A DNA stretch of 64,000 nucleotides, taken from NCBI GenBank assembly GCA_963829055.1, contig CAWHHI010000016.1, positions 1,088,001-1,152,000 of the forward strand, written 5' to 3'. Shown one piece after another: positions 53,194 through 63,380 of the stretch. The position numbers and the translations under genes are program-made. This DNA is from an uncultured Gemmatimonadaceae bacterium (lineage in GTDB: Bacteria; Gemmatimonadota; Gemmatimonadetes; Gemmatimonadales; Gemmatimonadaceae). Position 1 is the first letter of the stretch; the number at the start of each line of letters is the position of its first letter. The notes under the pieces were generated by a model. It was not told the DNA's origin and did no database searches. It saw only the letters and a program-made list of their open reading frames with translations.

Positions 53194-54340
53194 TCAGCGA
53201 CTGGCGCCGATCGGCCGACCGAGTGTCTTGGTCTTTCTCTCGAGACCCGCAATGAGCGAGTCGAACGACTTCTGAAAGCTCGCGAGACCATCGACGAGCA
53301 GCTTCTTCGTGACGTCGTTGAAATCGATCCCGATCTCTGCGAGCTGTTCCATCACGCGTTGCGCTTCCCGCGTGTTGCGATCGACCGTGCGGGCGACGAC
53401 GCCATGGTCCCTGAACGCGTCCATCGTGGCCGGAGGCATCGTATTGACCGTGTCCGGCCCGATGAGCTCCTCGACGTACACCACGTCGCGATACGCGGGG
53501 TTCTTTGCGCTCGTGCTGGCCCACAGCGGACGCTGGAGACGCGCGCCGCGCGCTTGAAGCTTCGGCCCAACGGTCGCTGCTGAACGAGTCGCGGAACAGT
53601 TGATACGCGAGCTGCGCATTTGCCACCGCCGCGCGACCCTTGAGCGCCATCGCACGATCCTTCGTGGCGGGATCTGCCTTTGCGGCGATGGCGTCGAGGC
53701 GCTTGTCGACCTCGGAATCGACACGACTCACGAAGAAGCTCGCCACCGACGCGATGCCGGCAATGTCCTTGCCCGCCGCCAGGCGGTCCTCGAGGCCACC
53801 CATGTACGCCTCGATCACCTGCCGATGCGCGTCAATGGAAAACAGCAACGTGATGTTCACGTTGATCCCATCGGCGATGAGCGAGCGGACCGCACGCGCG
53901 CCCTCGGCGGTTCCCGGAATCTTCACCATCACGTTAGGCCGATCGACCGTCGACCAGAGCCGCCTCGCCTCGGCCACCGAGGCCGCCGTGTCGCTGGAAA
54001 CGCCGGGCGAGACCTCGATCGATACGTAGCCGTCGCCGCCGTTTCCGGTGCGGTACGTGTCGGCGAAGATGTCGCACGCGGACCGGACGTCGGTCGTCTC
54101 GACGAGCTCGAACAGGTCCCAGGCGGTCAATCCGGGCGGCGCCGATTTGATCTGATCGTCGTACTCGTCGCCCTCGCCGAGCGCCTTCTCGAAGATGGTC
54201 GGATTCGACGTCATGCCGGACAGCGCGTCCTCGCGGATCAGCCGCGCGAGCTCGCCATTTCGGAGAATCGTCCGGTCGATGAAATCCAGCCAGACCGATT
54301 GGCCGGCTTCGTGTAGCTCGGTAAGCCGATTGGTCGTCAT
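53194..54340 (-). CDS. tal: Transaldolase (frameshift near 53560)
   Basis: GQSVWLD, GMTSNPTIF, VSIEVSP, MVKIP, NITLLFS and SFFVSRVD, then QRPLWASTSAKNP and TVNTMP. Confidence 0.93.
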
Positions 54341-54510
54341 TCCAGGTATGCGATCGAAGTGGTGGACCTGACTCGGGATCCCCGACGCGGGATGCACGTG
54401 GAAACATACCACGCGCCTGGCGGGCGCGTCGACGCTTCGGCGGTGAACGAACCGACGGCCGGGAAGGCGTCGGTGGGCTTGCTGCGCCCTGGCGAGCCGT
54501 CGCGCCCCGC

Positions 54511-56485
54511 ATGACCGCGAAGATCGTCGCGACGCACCGTGCGGCCCTCCGCTGGTGGCGCTCGCGCTCGCTGGCAGCGCAGCTCGTCCTCACAAATCTG
54601 GGCGTCGTGGTGCTCTGGGCGGCGACGACGCGGCAGATCGTTTCCCTCCAGAGCGGACGTCGTGAAGCCGCCGAGAATGCGGCCGTGCGCGCTGGGGCGG
54701 CAGTGCTCGTCACGGCGCGAATCGAGCCGGCGCTCGCGACCCTGGAGACGGGCCAACGAGGGTTCGTGCTCACGGGCGACTCGGCGTTCCTCGCTCCGTA
54801 TCGGCGCGGTCAGGCAGAGATCGCCACCACACTCGACTCACTGGCGAAGCTCGCGCGCAGCAACGAGGCGCTGACCTCCGCCACGAGCAGCGTGGATCAA
54901 GCGATCGGTTCGTGGGCCGAGGCGGCCAATCGGCAGTTCGCCGCCCGCGCCGCCGACGCGTCCCGGGATACGGTCGCGGCGCTGCGCGACGACGTCGCGA
55001 TGCTCATGGAGCGTGCGCGCGCGTCGACGAAGGCGCTCGAACGCATCACGCGCATTCAGGCAGAGCAAAGCGAGGCGGAGGCGGCGTCGCAGATCGAGTT
55101 CGACGCTCGCGAGTCGTTACTCGTTCGGCTGCTCCTTCTCGCGATGATCGTGCTCGCCACGACCGCGAGTCTGCGGCGCGTCACCAGCACCCTCGACGCG
55201 ATCGTCTTCGATGCGCGCGCGCTGGCGGCGGGCGACCATCGCGCCGCGGTTCGCTCTGTCGCCGGCGGGAGCCGGGAACTGGGTCAACTCGGTCAGGCAT
55301 TCGGCACGCTCGCGGCCGCGGTTGCCGAGCGCGAAACTGGGCTGCGCGATGACATCCGACAGCTCAAGGAAGTCGAGCGACTGAAAACGGAATTCGTGTC
55401 GACCGTGAGCCACGAGCTTCGCACGCCACTCACGGCCATTCGCGGCGCACTCGGATTGGTGCTCGCGGGAACGACCGGATCTGTTGCGCCGAAGACGCGT
55501 GACCTGCTCCAGATCGGGTTGCAGAATACCGAGCGGTTGATCCGACTCATCAACGACATCCTCGACGTCGAACGCATAGAGGGCGGCCACCTGTTCGTGC
55601 GTCGCGAGCCGTGCGAGCTCGCTGACATCCTGCGCACGACCGTCGAATCGCTGCGCACCGTCGCCATGGAAGCACAGGTGTCGTTGGTGCTCGCAGTGGA
55701 GACGAGCGCGATCGTCACCGGCGACCCCGATCGTCTCGTGCAGGTATTCACGAATCTGATCTCGAACGCCGTACGCTTCTCACCGCGGGGAGAGTCGGTG
55801 ACCGTGGCGCTGCGCACGACATCGACCAGCGTCGTGGTGTTCGTCACCGATCGCGGGCCCGGAATTCCGCTCGAGTTTCGGCGACGCATCTTCGGCAAGT
55901 TCCAGCAGGCGGATCCCGCCGGTTCCGCGGGCGGCGCTGGTCTCGGGCTCGCGATCGTGCAGGCGATTGTCGAGCGACACGGCGGCTCCATTCGCTTCGA
56001 TAGCGCACCGGGCCACGGCACGACGTTCATCACCGAGCTCCCCTACACCGCTCCGAGCGCGTCGATTGGGTCTGCGGCGTTAGGCCGTCATCGCCTGCTC
56101 GTCGTCGACGACGATCGCGACATGCTGAGCGTGCTGCGCTCGTTATGCGAATCGGTCGGAGCCGTCACCGCGGTGGGCTCGCCTGACGAGGCATGGCGGA
56201 TGCTCATGCAATCGCCGTTCGACGCGATCGTGATCGATCCGTGGGCGCCCGGGTCGCCGGGCATGGACCTCGTGAAGCGGTTGCGTCAACTGCTCGACGT
56301 ACGCTGACGTCCCGGTGCTCGTGTTCTCGTCCCGCGAGTTCTCCGACGAGGAGCTTCAGGGCATCACGCTCGCGCCGTCGCACGCGTTCGTGAAGGCGCG
56401 CGATCGCGAGCAGGATCTGCTGCTTCGTCTCAAGGCCGTGCTGGCGGTCCGCCGACCGCGACGTCCTGTCGCGGTGCCCGCGTGA
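54511..56485 (+). CDS. Hybrid CHASE3-HAMP-HisKA-HATPase-REC sensor kinase (frameshift near 56295)
   Basis: ETGQRGFVLTGD (CHASE3), [21 protein letters not shown] and LLVVDDD. The REC tail VPVLVFSS...FVKA lies in the next frame and ends at 56485. Confidence 0.88.
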
Positions 56486-56565
56486 GGCACTCGATGCAGG
56501 GCACTCGGAGAGGCATCAGACGTTCGACCCCGAGATGATGCCTGTGTCGTTAGGCCGGAGAAAGA

Positions 56566-58512
56566 CTAGCTGGCAGCGCGCTCGCGCCAGAGCGGGATCT
56601 TGCCCGCCAGTGTTCGGAAGCCGACAGGTTTCGCGACGTAGTCGAGTGCGCCGGCACGAAGGGCGCGCACCTGATCGCCCTCGCCTGCGTTGCCGGTGAT
56701 GAACACGACGGCATAGGCGTCCGGACGCTCCTCGCGCAGGCGCTCGTGCACCGAGTGTCCGTCGAGTCCCGGGAGGTCGACATCGAGGAGCACGAGCGGG
56801 CGCCGGCCTTCGGTTCGGAAGCCCATCAGGGCCTCGAGCGCGGCTTCGCCATTCGCGTACGCGCGGAAGCTCAATCCCGAAGCGCGCAGGACGTACTGCA
56901 TCATGTCCGACAGCGCGGCGTCGTCCTCGATGAGGATGACCTGCGGCGCCAACCCCGCCTCCTGTTGACGCCAGCGCCTAACGGGCGCCGCTCGGTCCTG
57001 CCGGGCGATCTCGATGGCTTCCTCGGCGGCGCGCCGCAGCGCGGTCACGTCTGCCGCCACCTCGGACGTATCCACGATGCCGCAGCGCCACACTGGCGCG
57101 CCCTCGGCACGGCCGACCACGAGCGCTTCGAACAATGACTCCGCGACCTCCGCGTCGCCTTCGAGGACCGCCAGCAGCGCGACCCCGTCGTGATAGCCGA
57201 CCACGCTCGACGAGCCGGCGACGGCGTTCGCGATACGCTGCGTCTCGCGCAGCCATCCCATGGCGGTATCGCCAGCGAGATCATCCACGTCCGGCCGCAC
57301 GATGGCCATCACGATACCGCGACCGTGTTCCGCGGCGGAGCCGACGAACGCTCCGACGTCCGCCGTCGTTCGCGGTGGCAACGGCAACCCGGTGCCCGGA
57401 TGGCGGCCCTCGCTCAGCCGCACTACGCGCTGGCGCTCGAGGTGGCGCGCGATACAGGCACGGAGATCAGGAGCCGAGATGGGCTTCGCGAGGAAGTCAT
57501 CGACGCCCGCGCGTCTCGCCTGCTCCTGCGTGCGCGCTTCGGTGTCGGCGGAGATCAGCACGATGGGAAGATCGCGATACGCCGGTAGCGTCCGCAGTTC
57601 TCGCGCAAGCTCGATACCGGAGACGTCGCCCATGCGTACATCCATGACCAGCAGCGACGGCGCGGTAGCCGCGAGATGCTGGTGAAGATCGCTCGGCGTA
57701 TCGCACGTCATGCTGCGCACGCCCTCACTCTCCAGCAGCAGCTGAACGATCGTCAGGATGGATGGGTCGTCATCGAGCACGAGGATCGTAGCCCCCGCGG
57801 TCGAGCTGCCAAGCGACAGGCGATCGGCGAGATCGAACAACGTCCCGAGCTCATCGTCCTGGTCCACCATCGCGATGCCGTCTCCCCCGGCGGCGCCGTG
57901 ATCCGGAGGCGCCCCGGGTTCGGCGAGCGCGATGACAGGAACGTTCGCCGCCGCGGTGAGCTCGCGCGTCGCGACGATGTTCTGGGCCGGAATGACCACG
58001 ACGTGCGGCGCCAGCTCGCGGAGCGAGATCGCGGTGAGATCAGCCGCGCGTCCCGACGACAGCTGGTAGCCGCGAAGGGCAGCTTCGGCACGCAGACCAC
58101 GTGAGTAGGCGGCGGGAACGTCGACGAGCATCATGCGACGGCGCGACACGCCAACATGGCCGACCCCTACCTCCGCCGACATCGAGAGCCGCAGCGCGCT
58201 CACGAAATGGCCGATGATCGTGGACCGCTGCGCGCGCTCGATCGACGGGTCCTGTTCCCAACCCGCGACGCGCTGCTCCAGCTTCGCCGCGAGACGACTC
58301 GCTTCGATGAAGCCGTAGCTCCCGGCTGTCCCGTGGACGCGATGGAGCTCGCGACGAAGCGCCTCTATCGTCTCGGGTGCCGCGGCGTCGACGACGAGCT
58401 GCTGCGCGAGGTCGTCCAGCGTCGCAATGGTGCCCGCGCTGGTCTCGCGGAAGCGCTCGCGCAACGCCCGCAGCGCATCACTCGCCCGCGCGACGGTCTG
58501 GGCGTTGGCCAT
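56566..58512 (-). CDS. Hpt / multi-receiver signalling protein with degenerate GGDEF-like segment
   Basis: LHRVHGTAGSYG (Hpt), then REC (LDDD...MDVRM...KP), then an HPGTGLP segment, then REC (IEDD...LDVDLPGLDG...KP). Confidence 0.82.
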   Translation of the reverse strand: MANAQTVARASDALRALRERFRETSAGTIATLDDLAQQLVVDAAAPETIEALRRELHRVHGTAGSYGFIEASRLAAKLEQRVAGWEQDPSIERAQRSTIIGHFVSALRLSMSAEVGVGHVGVSRRRMMLVDVPAAYSRGLRAEAALRGYQLSSGRAADLTAISLRELAPHVVVIPAQNIVATRELTAAANVPVIALAEPGAPPDHGAAGGDGIAMVDQDDELGTLFDLADRLSLGSSTAGATILVLDDDPSILTIVQLLLESEGVRSMTCDTPSDLHQHLAATAPSLLVMDVRMGDVSGIELARELRTLPAYRDLPIVLISADTEARTQEQARRAGVDDFLAKPISAPDLRACIARHLERQRVVRLSEGRHPGTGLPLPPRTTADVGAFVGSAAEHGRGIVMAIVRPDVDDLAGDTAMGWLRETQRIANAVAGSSSVVGYHDGVALLAVLEGDAEVAESLFEALVVGRAEGAPVWRCGIVDTSEVAADVTALRRAAEEAIEIARQDRAAPVRRWRQQEAGLAPQVILIEDDAALSDMMQYVLRASGLSFRAYANGEAALEALMGFRTEGRRPLVLLDVDLPGLDGHSVHERLREERPDAYAVVFITGNAGEGDQVRALRAGALDYVAKPVGFRTLAGKIPLWRERAAS

Positions 58513-58681
58513 CAAGCGGTCATGGAAACGGAAATGCCGACGCAGGTGGGTGGTGGCCGGCGGGACAGGCCACCGCGGTGCCGTGACGCGGTACACGCTA
58601 CAGACGTCCGAGAGCAGACCCGGTCACGCCGCGCACCGCGCTCTCACCCTTGCTCGCCGCCCCCCTGCTCACGCCCGACGG

Positions 58682-59053
58682 ATGAAGCTTCTCTGCGCCG
58701 ACGACGAGCCGGACCTGCGAACGATTCTCGCGCTCGCTCTGTCGATCGACCCCGGGCTCGACGTCGAAATCGTGTCGTCCGGCACCGAACTGTTGGAACG
58801 CGCGTCGCACAAACGCTACGATGCGTTCGTGCTCGACGGGATGATGCCGGGACTGGACGGCTACGAGACGTGTCGCCGACTCAAGGACGACCCGACGACG
58901 GCCGCCATTCCCGTGGTCTTCCTGACGGCCAAAACCCAACAGGAAGAGGTGCGACGCGCGATGGCACTCGGCGCCACCGCCTGCTTGACGAAGCCGTTCG
59001 ATCCGCTCACGCTCGCGACCGAGCTACGCGCCGCCCTCGAGCCAGGTGCCTGA
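58682..59053 (+). CDS. Single-domain response regulator (CheY-like)
   Basis: CADDEP, LDGMMPGLDG, FLTAK and KPFDP. Confidence 0.92.
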   Translation: MKLLCADDEPDLRTILALALSIDPGLDVEIVSSGTELLERASHKRYDAFVLDGMMPGLDGYETCRRLKDDPTTAAIPVVFLTAKTQQEEVRRAMALGATACLTKPFDPLTLATELRAALEPGA

Positions 59054-59066
59054 CGAGTCGCGTCGC

Positions 59067-61382
59067 CTAACGCGGCAGCGTGGCTCCGTGCGACTCGCCG
59101 ACGCTTGCGTCGACGGTGTGAGCAAAGTGAACCGGTAGCCCCACCGAGAAGGTGGTACCGACGCCGTAGACGCTCTCCACCTGCACTTTGCCGCCCAGCC
59201 GCTCGAGCAGCTTGCGCGTGATGCTCAGTCCGAGACCAGTGCCGCCGAACTCTCGCGTCCGCGACTGATCGATCTGGCGGAAGTCTTCCCAGATCGCGTC
59301 GAGGTGTTCGCCCTTGATGCCGATGCCGCTGTCGCTGACGGCGATGTGCACGTGATCATCCGCGCGGGTCGCGTCCAGTCGCACCCAGCCGACGTGGGTG
59401 AACTTCACCGCGTTCGAGAGCAGGTTCAGCAGGATCTGCTTGAGCTTCGTGCGGTCCGTGTAGACGACCATGCCGTCATCCGCGACGCGATACGTCACGT
59501 CCAGGCCTTTCTTGCGGACCATTGGCTCGAGCTGCTGCGCGACCTCGGTCACGACGTCCGCGAGCGGAATCTCCTCGAGGTGCAGCGGCATCTTCCCCGC
59601 TTCGATCTTCGCCAGATCGAGAATGTCATCGATGAGCGCCTGCAGATGCTGGCCAGCCGCACGAATGCGCTCCAGGCTATCGATCTGCTGGAGCGTGACT
59701 TCGCCGAACAGCCGATCGAGCAGCAGCGACGTGTGACCCAGCACCGCGTTGAGCGGCGTGCGCAACTCGTGCGACATACTGGCGAGGAATTCCGACTTCA
59801 AGCGATTCGCGCGCGCCAGCTCCTGTGACTGCCACTGGAGCTTGAGGTTCTGCGCTTCGAGGTCGCTCGTCGCGGCGCGGATGCGCTCTTCGAGCTGCGC
59901 GGAGAATTTCTTGAGCTCCTCGTACAGTCGCTCGTTCTCGACCTGTTTCGTGAGGTCGTGCACGACCGACACGATGACGCTCGGCTCACCGTGCTCGTTG
60001 ATGATCTTGCCGGACACCACCTCGACCGGCAGCTCGCGCCCGCCAGACGGATCGGTGAGCGTCATCCGGGCGCGTCGCGAGATCGCGGTGCCTAACGTGA
60101 ACTCGGAGATGAACGACGTGAACTTCGTGTCGTTGCCGCGAATCGCCTGGATGGCTCCGTAGTTCCGCTTGCCGCCTTCGCGCACCTGGAACAGTCGCTC
60201 GGCCTCGTCGTTCATCATGATGATGTTCGACTGGTCGTCGGTGACGAGGATCGGGTCGGCGACGTTCTCGAGAATGAGGTTCAGCCGATCGCGCTCGCGC
60301 GTCGCCTCGAACTCGGCGAGGCGGACGCGTTGCATCTGCCGCTCGAGCTCGTGCCCCGCCCGACGCAGGTCGGTGACGTCGCGCAGGACCGAGAGCACCG
60401 CGCCGGCGCGTTCCGCCTCGCCATCGAGCGGGTGCGCGAGTACCTCGAACAGCAGGTCGGTGCCCTCACCGGGGTCGACGAGGTTGAGCTCGCGCGGGCC
60501 GCTCTGGAGGCCGCCGGTCATCACCGCGCGCGCGAGGTACGACGTGAACAGCAGGTTGTTCACCTCGACCGCGCGCCGCCGGCCTTCCGAGTCCGAATCG
60601 CGCGTATTGAGCAGACGCTCGGCGCGCGCGTTCTGAACGATGATGTCGTTGGCGGCGTTCGTGATGACGATCGGGTCGGGCAGCGAGTCGATGATGCTCG
60701 TTAGGCGATCACGTTCCTTCGTCGCCCGGTCCGCCGCCTGGCGCACCGCGGTCGCCATGCCCATGCGCGCCAGAATGGGGCCGGCGAACATCGCGACGCG
60801 CGCCAGCGCCTCGACCGTGTCCTCGCCGTGCGTGCCCTCGAGCACGACGACGCCGGCCGGCGCGTGTCCGAACCATTCCTGCTGGCGTGCCGGGCGTGGG
60901 CCGACGCGCAGGCCCACCGGTGTCACGAGGTCGACGGCCCGGGCGAAGGGGACGAGCGGCGGGCCTGCGCGGTCGTCGCCGCGAGGAAGCGGCAACGCGA
61001 TCCAGTCGCGAAACGGGATGCGCGAATCCCACGGCGCACCGGGCTCCGATGAGATCGGGTGCAGCGAAAGCGCGGCGATGACGACCGGATGCGACAGGTC
61101 GCTGATCGATAGCGTTCCCAGCACGTCGCCGTCGTCGAAGCCGACGACGGCGACAGAGGCAAGCGTTTCCAGCGCCGGGTCGAGGAGACGTACGTACCCT
61201 CGACTGGAACCGGACAGCTCACCGAGTCTCGACAGCAGAAACGCCGCCGACGACGCGACGTCCGGAGCCTCAGCGAGCGTCGCGAGGAGCTCGTCGAGGT
61301 CCGTGGCCGCACCGCGCGGCGGAGGCCCGCCGTCAATCAGGTCATGCGGTGGCCTGCTCAAGGCGTCGGCGTAGCTCCGCAT
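59067..61382 (-). CDS. Cytoplasmic GAF-like/PAS-PAS sensor histidine kinase (start uncertain)
   Basis: Two PAS domains (LPDPIVITN and VADPILVTD), [25 protein letters not shown] and GTGLGL. It overlaps or abuts the gvpA stop. Confidence 0.9.
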   Translation of the reverse strand: MRSYADALSRPPHDLIDGGPPPRGAATDLDELLATLAEAPDVASSAAFLLSRLGELSGSSRGYVRLLDPALETLASVAVVGFDDGDVLGTLSISDLSHPVVIAALSLHPISSEPGAPWDSRIPFRDWIALPLPRGDDRAGPPLVPFARAVDLVTPVGLRVGPRPARQQEWFGHAPAGVVVLEGTHGEDTVEALARVAMFAGPILARMGMATAVRQAADRATKERDRLTSIIDSLPDPIVITNAANDIIVQNARAERLLNTRDSDSEGRRRAVEVNNLLFTSYLARAVMTGGLQSGPRELNLVDPGEGTDLLFEVLAHPLDGEAERAGAVLSVLRDVTDLRRAGHELERQMQRVRLAEFEATRERDRLNLILENVADPILVTDDQSNIIMMNDEAERLFQVREGGKRNYGAIQAIRGNDTKFTSFISEFTLGTAISRRARMTLTDPSGGRELPVEVVSGKIINEHGEPSVIVSVVHDLTKQVENERLYEELKKFSAQLEERIRAATSDLEAQNLKLQWQSQELARANRLKSEFLASMSHELRTPLNAVLGHTSLLLDRLFGEVTLQQIDSLERIRAAGQHLQALIDDILDLAKIEAGKMPLHLEEIPLADVVTEVAQQLEPMVRKKGLDVTYRVADDGMVVYTDRTKLKQILLNLLSNAVKFTHVGWVRLDATRADDHVHIAVSDSGIGIKGEHLDAIWEDFRQIDQSRTREFGGTGLGLSITRKLLERLGGKVQVESVYGVGTTFSVGLPVHFAHTVDASVGESHGATLPR

Positions 61383-61644
61383 TCTCGCGCATCACACGCT
61401 CGAGTTCCGAGTCGGTGTCGGCGACCAGTTCACGCGGCCGTGAGACTGGTGCCGTAATACCAACGGCTTCCGAGTACTTGAGATAGGTGTCGATCGACGC
61501 CACGACGATTCGAGCTTCGACGGTGACCAGGTCGATGCCGACGAGTGAGACCCGCACCCACGCATCGATCACGATTCCCTTGTCGAGAACGCGATCGAGG
61601 ACATTGATGAGAGAACTCCCACTGGGGGAGCGTTCTACGGCCAT
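61342..61644 (-). CDS. gvpA: Gas vesicle major structural protein GvpA, with C-terminal extension
   Basis: [61 protein letters not shown] lies upstream. Confidence 0.95.
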   Translation of the reverse strand: MAVERSPSGSSLINVLDRVLDKGIVIDAWVRVSLVGIDLVTVEARIVVASIDTYLKYSEAVGITAPVSRPRELVADTDSELERVMRENAELRRRLEQATA

Positions 61645-61672
61645 TTCAGCCTACTCCGTAGGTAAGAGGATC

Positions 61673-61999
61673 TTACTTCTTCCGGCGCGACGTGCGCTCG
61701 GACGCCGCGGCAAGCTGCTCCAGGCTCTGTTCGATACGCTCGAGACGACGCTCGATGTCGCCCGCAAGAAGCGGGCTCGACTGTACAGATGTCAGCCGCG
61801 GGTCATGGCGCCACCAGTTCAACCCAATCTGCTCCGCCTTGTCGATGGAGCAGATGAGCAGCCGCACCTGAATGGTGAGCAGCTCGACGTTCGCGAGGTT
61901 GATCTTGATGTCACCGGCAATCACCAGCCCTTTGTCCAGCACGCGATCGAGAATCTCGACCAGTCCGTGACCGCGCGATGGGGTAACGAGATCCGCCAA
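61673..61999 (-). CDS. gvpJ: GvpA-family protein, GvpJ-like
   Basis: [51 protein letters not shown], followed by a coiled-coil tail. Confidence 0.82.
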   Translation of the reverse strand: MADLVTPSRGHGLVEILDRVLDKGLVIAGDIKINLANVELLTIQVRLLICSIDKAEQIGLNWWRHDPRLTSVQSSPLLAGDIERRLERIEQSLEQLAAASERTSRRKK

Positions 62000-62039
62000 G
62001 CAGGAGCACTCCGGCGGCTGCTTTCGCTGCCGCTGTTAG

Positions 62040-62078
62040 CAGGAACGTTCAGGAACGTTCAGGAACGTGGAAGAACGC
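62040..62078. repeat. 10-bp tandem repeat (CAGGAACGTT x~3, plus a degenerate fourth unit)
   Basis: caggaacgtt caggaacgtt caggaacgtg gaagaacgc, in the gvpK-gvpJ gap. Confidence 0.8.
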
Positions 62079-62079
62079 G

Positions 62080-62433
62080 TCAGCGCAGACGACCCAGCGG
62101 GCCCAGATCGATCTGCAAATCCTCATCGGTGAGCCCGAAAGCTCCCTTCATTTGCTGCATGCGCTCATCGAGGCGGAGGAGGGTGAGCCCGAGCCGCTCG
62201 ACCTCCTCCGCACTGAGATCGCCGCCATCCATGCGGCGCACTGCCTGATGCTCCAAGACCTTACGCACGACCTCGATCAGGGTCAAGACGAGCCTGGCGA
62301 GTCCCTGCTCCACGCGTTCCGGATCGGCATTGATCCGATCCGGTAGCGCACGCGCTACCGCCGCCAATTGCGTCGCGAGATCGTTCCGCAACGATTCATC
62401 GACGTCGAACGCCGGTTCGTGATCTTCAGGCAT
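62080..62433 (-). CDS. gvpK: Gas vesicle protein GvpK
   Basis: GLARLVLTLIEVVRKVLEHQAVRRMDGG.L...EVERLG...DLQIDLGPLG. Confidence 0.93.
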   Translation of the reverse strand: MPEDHEPAFDVDESLRNDLATQLAAVARALPDRINADPERVEQGLARLVLTLIEVVRKVLEHQAVRRMDGGDLSAEEVERLGLTLLRLDERMQQMKGAFGLTDEDLQIDLGPLGRLR

Positions 62434-63172
62434 CGGTCGAGAATGAATATGGGGCGAACGGTCCGAGGACGGATAGATCGATTTGTTGGGACGGCAAGAT
62501 ATTCTCGGCGGCGGCGCGGAACGCGTCGACGTCCGAGCGCCGGACGAGGACAGGAAAGAACGCCACGCCGCGCATCGCCTCGCAGCGCTGCTGATCGATG
62601 ATGAGGTCACCCACGGCCGCGCGAACGCTGTGACGGACCTCTTCACACGCCACCTCACGCGCAAGATCGGCCCGTCCCGCGCGGGCGAGACGGCGGAGGA
62701 ACGATGTTCCGGGTCCTTCGGCTTGCTGCTCATCGTCCACGTCGGCCGAGTCGACGCCGGCGCTCGAACCGATTGCGTCAGGTGTGGCAAACGCTGGCGT
62801 CTGCTCGTTCACGTCCACGTCCCTCCCGCGCGTGACGACGACGCGGAGCTCGACGCAACCAGACACTCTCGCCAGCCGCTCGCGAAGCGCGTGCTCGCGG
62901 TCCGCAACGGCGCGCACGAGCGCGGCGTCATCAGCGAACGATTGACCAAAACGGATCGGAAGCGGAGTGTCTCCATGCGTCAGCGCCGCGGCACAGACGG
63001 CATCGTGCGCTCTGAGACGTTCCACCGTTACGTCGACTGAGCCGTCTGCAACGTCGCCGACCCACGCGACGAGCGTCCCGGCGTCGATACTTCGGACTGG
63101 CGCGCCGTCCAGGCCAACGACCCCGTCTGGTTGCTGCGCGTCACTGCGAACGCAGTAGAGATACGATGCCAC
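62426..63172 (-). CDS. GvpL/GvpF family gas vesicle protein
   Basis: YLYCV, AHDAVC, TPLPIRFG, VELRV, AFFPVLV and LGPFAPYSF. Confidence 0.9.
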   Translation of the reverse strand: MASYLYCVRSDAQQPDGVVGLDGAPVRSIDAGTLVAWVGDVADGSVDVTVERLRAHDAVCAAALTHGDTPLPIRFGQSFADDAALVRAVADREHALRERLARVSGCVELRVVVTRGRDVDVNEQTPAFATPDAIGSSAGVDSADVDDEQQAEGPGTSFLRRLARAGRADLAREVACEEVRHSVRAAVGDLIIDQQRCEAMRGVAFFPVLVRRSDVDAFRAAAENILPSQQIDLSVLGPFAPYSFSTDA

Positions 63173-63173
63173 G

Positions 63174-63380
63174 CTATCGGTCGCCGCCTTCGCGCCGGCG
63201 GCGCTCCGCCGTCCGCACGGTCTCGATAGCCGTGAGCACGAGCGTGAGATCGAGTTGAATGAGGTCGATGTCGCCGACGGAAATGGTGACGCTGCCGGCG
63301 ATCACGGCACCCTTGTCCAACACGCGGTTGATGAGGTCCGCCAACTCGAGCGGAGCGTTATCGACGACGTCACCCGGCAT
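63174..63380 (-). CDS. GvpA-family minor protein (GvpS/GvpM-like)
   Basis: LADLINRVLDKGAVIAGSVTISVGDIDLIQLDL. Confidence 0.85.
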   Translation of the reverse strand: MPGDVVDNAPLELADLINRVLDKGAVIAGSVTISVGDIDLIQLDLTLVLTAIETVRTAERRRREGGDR

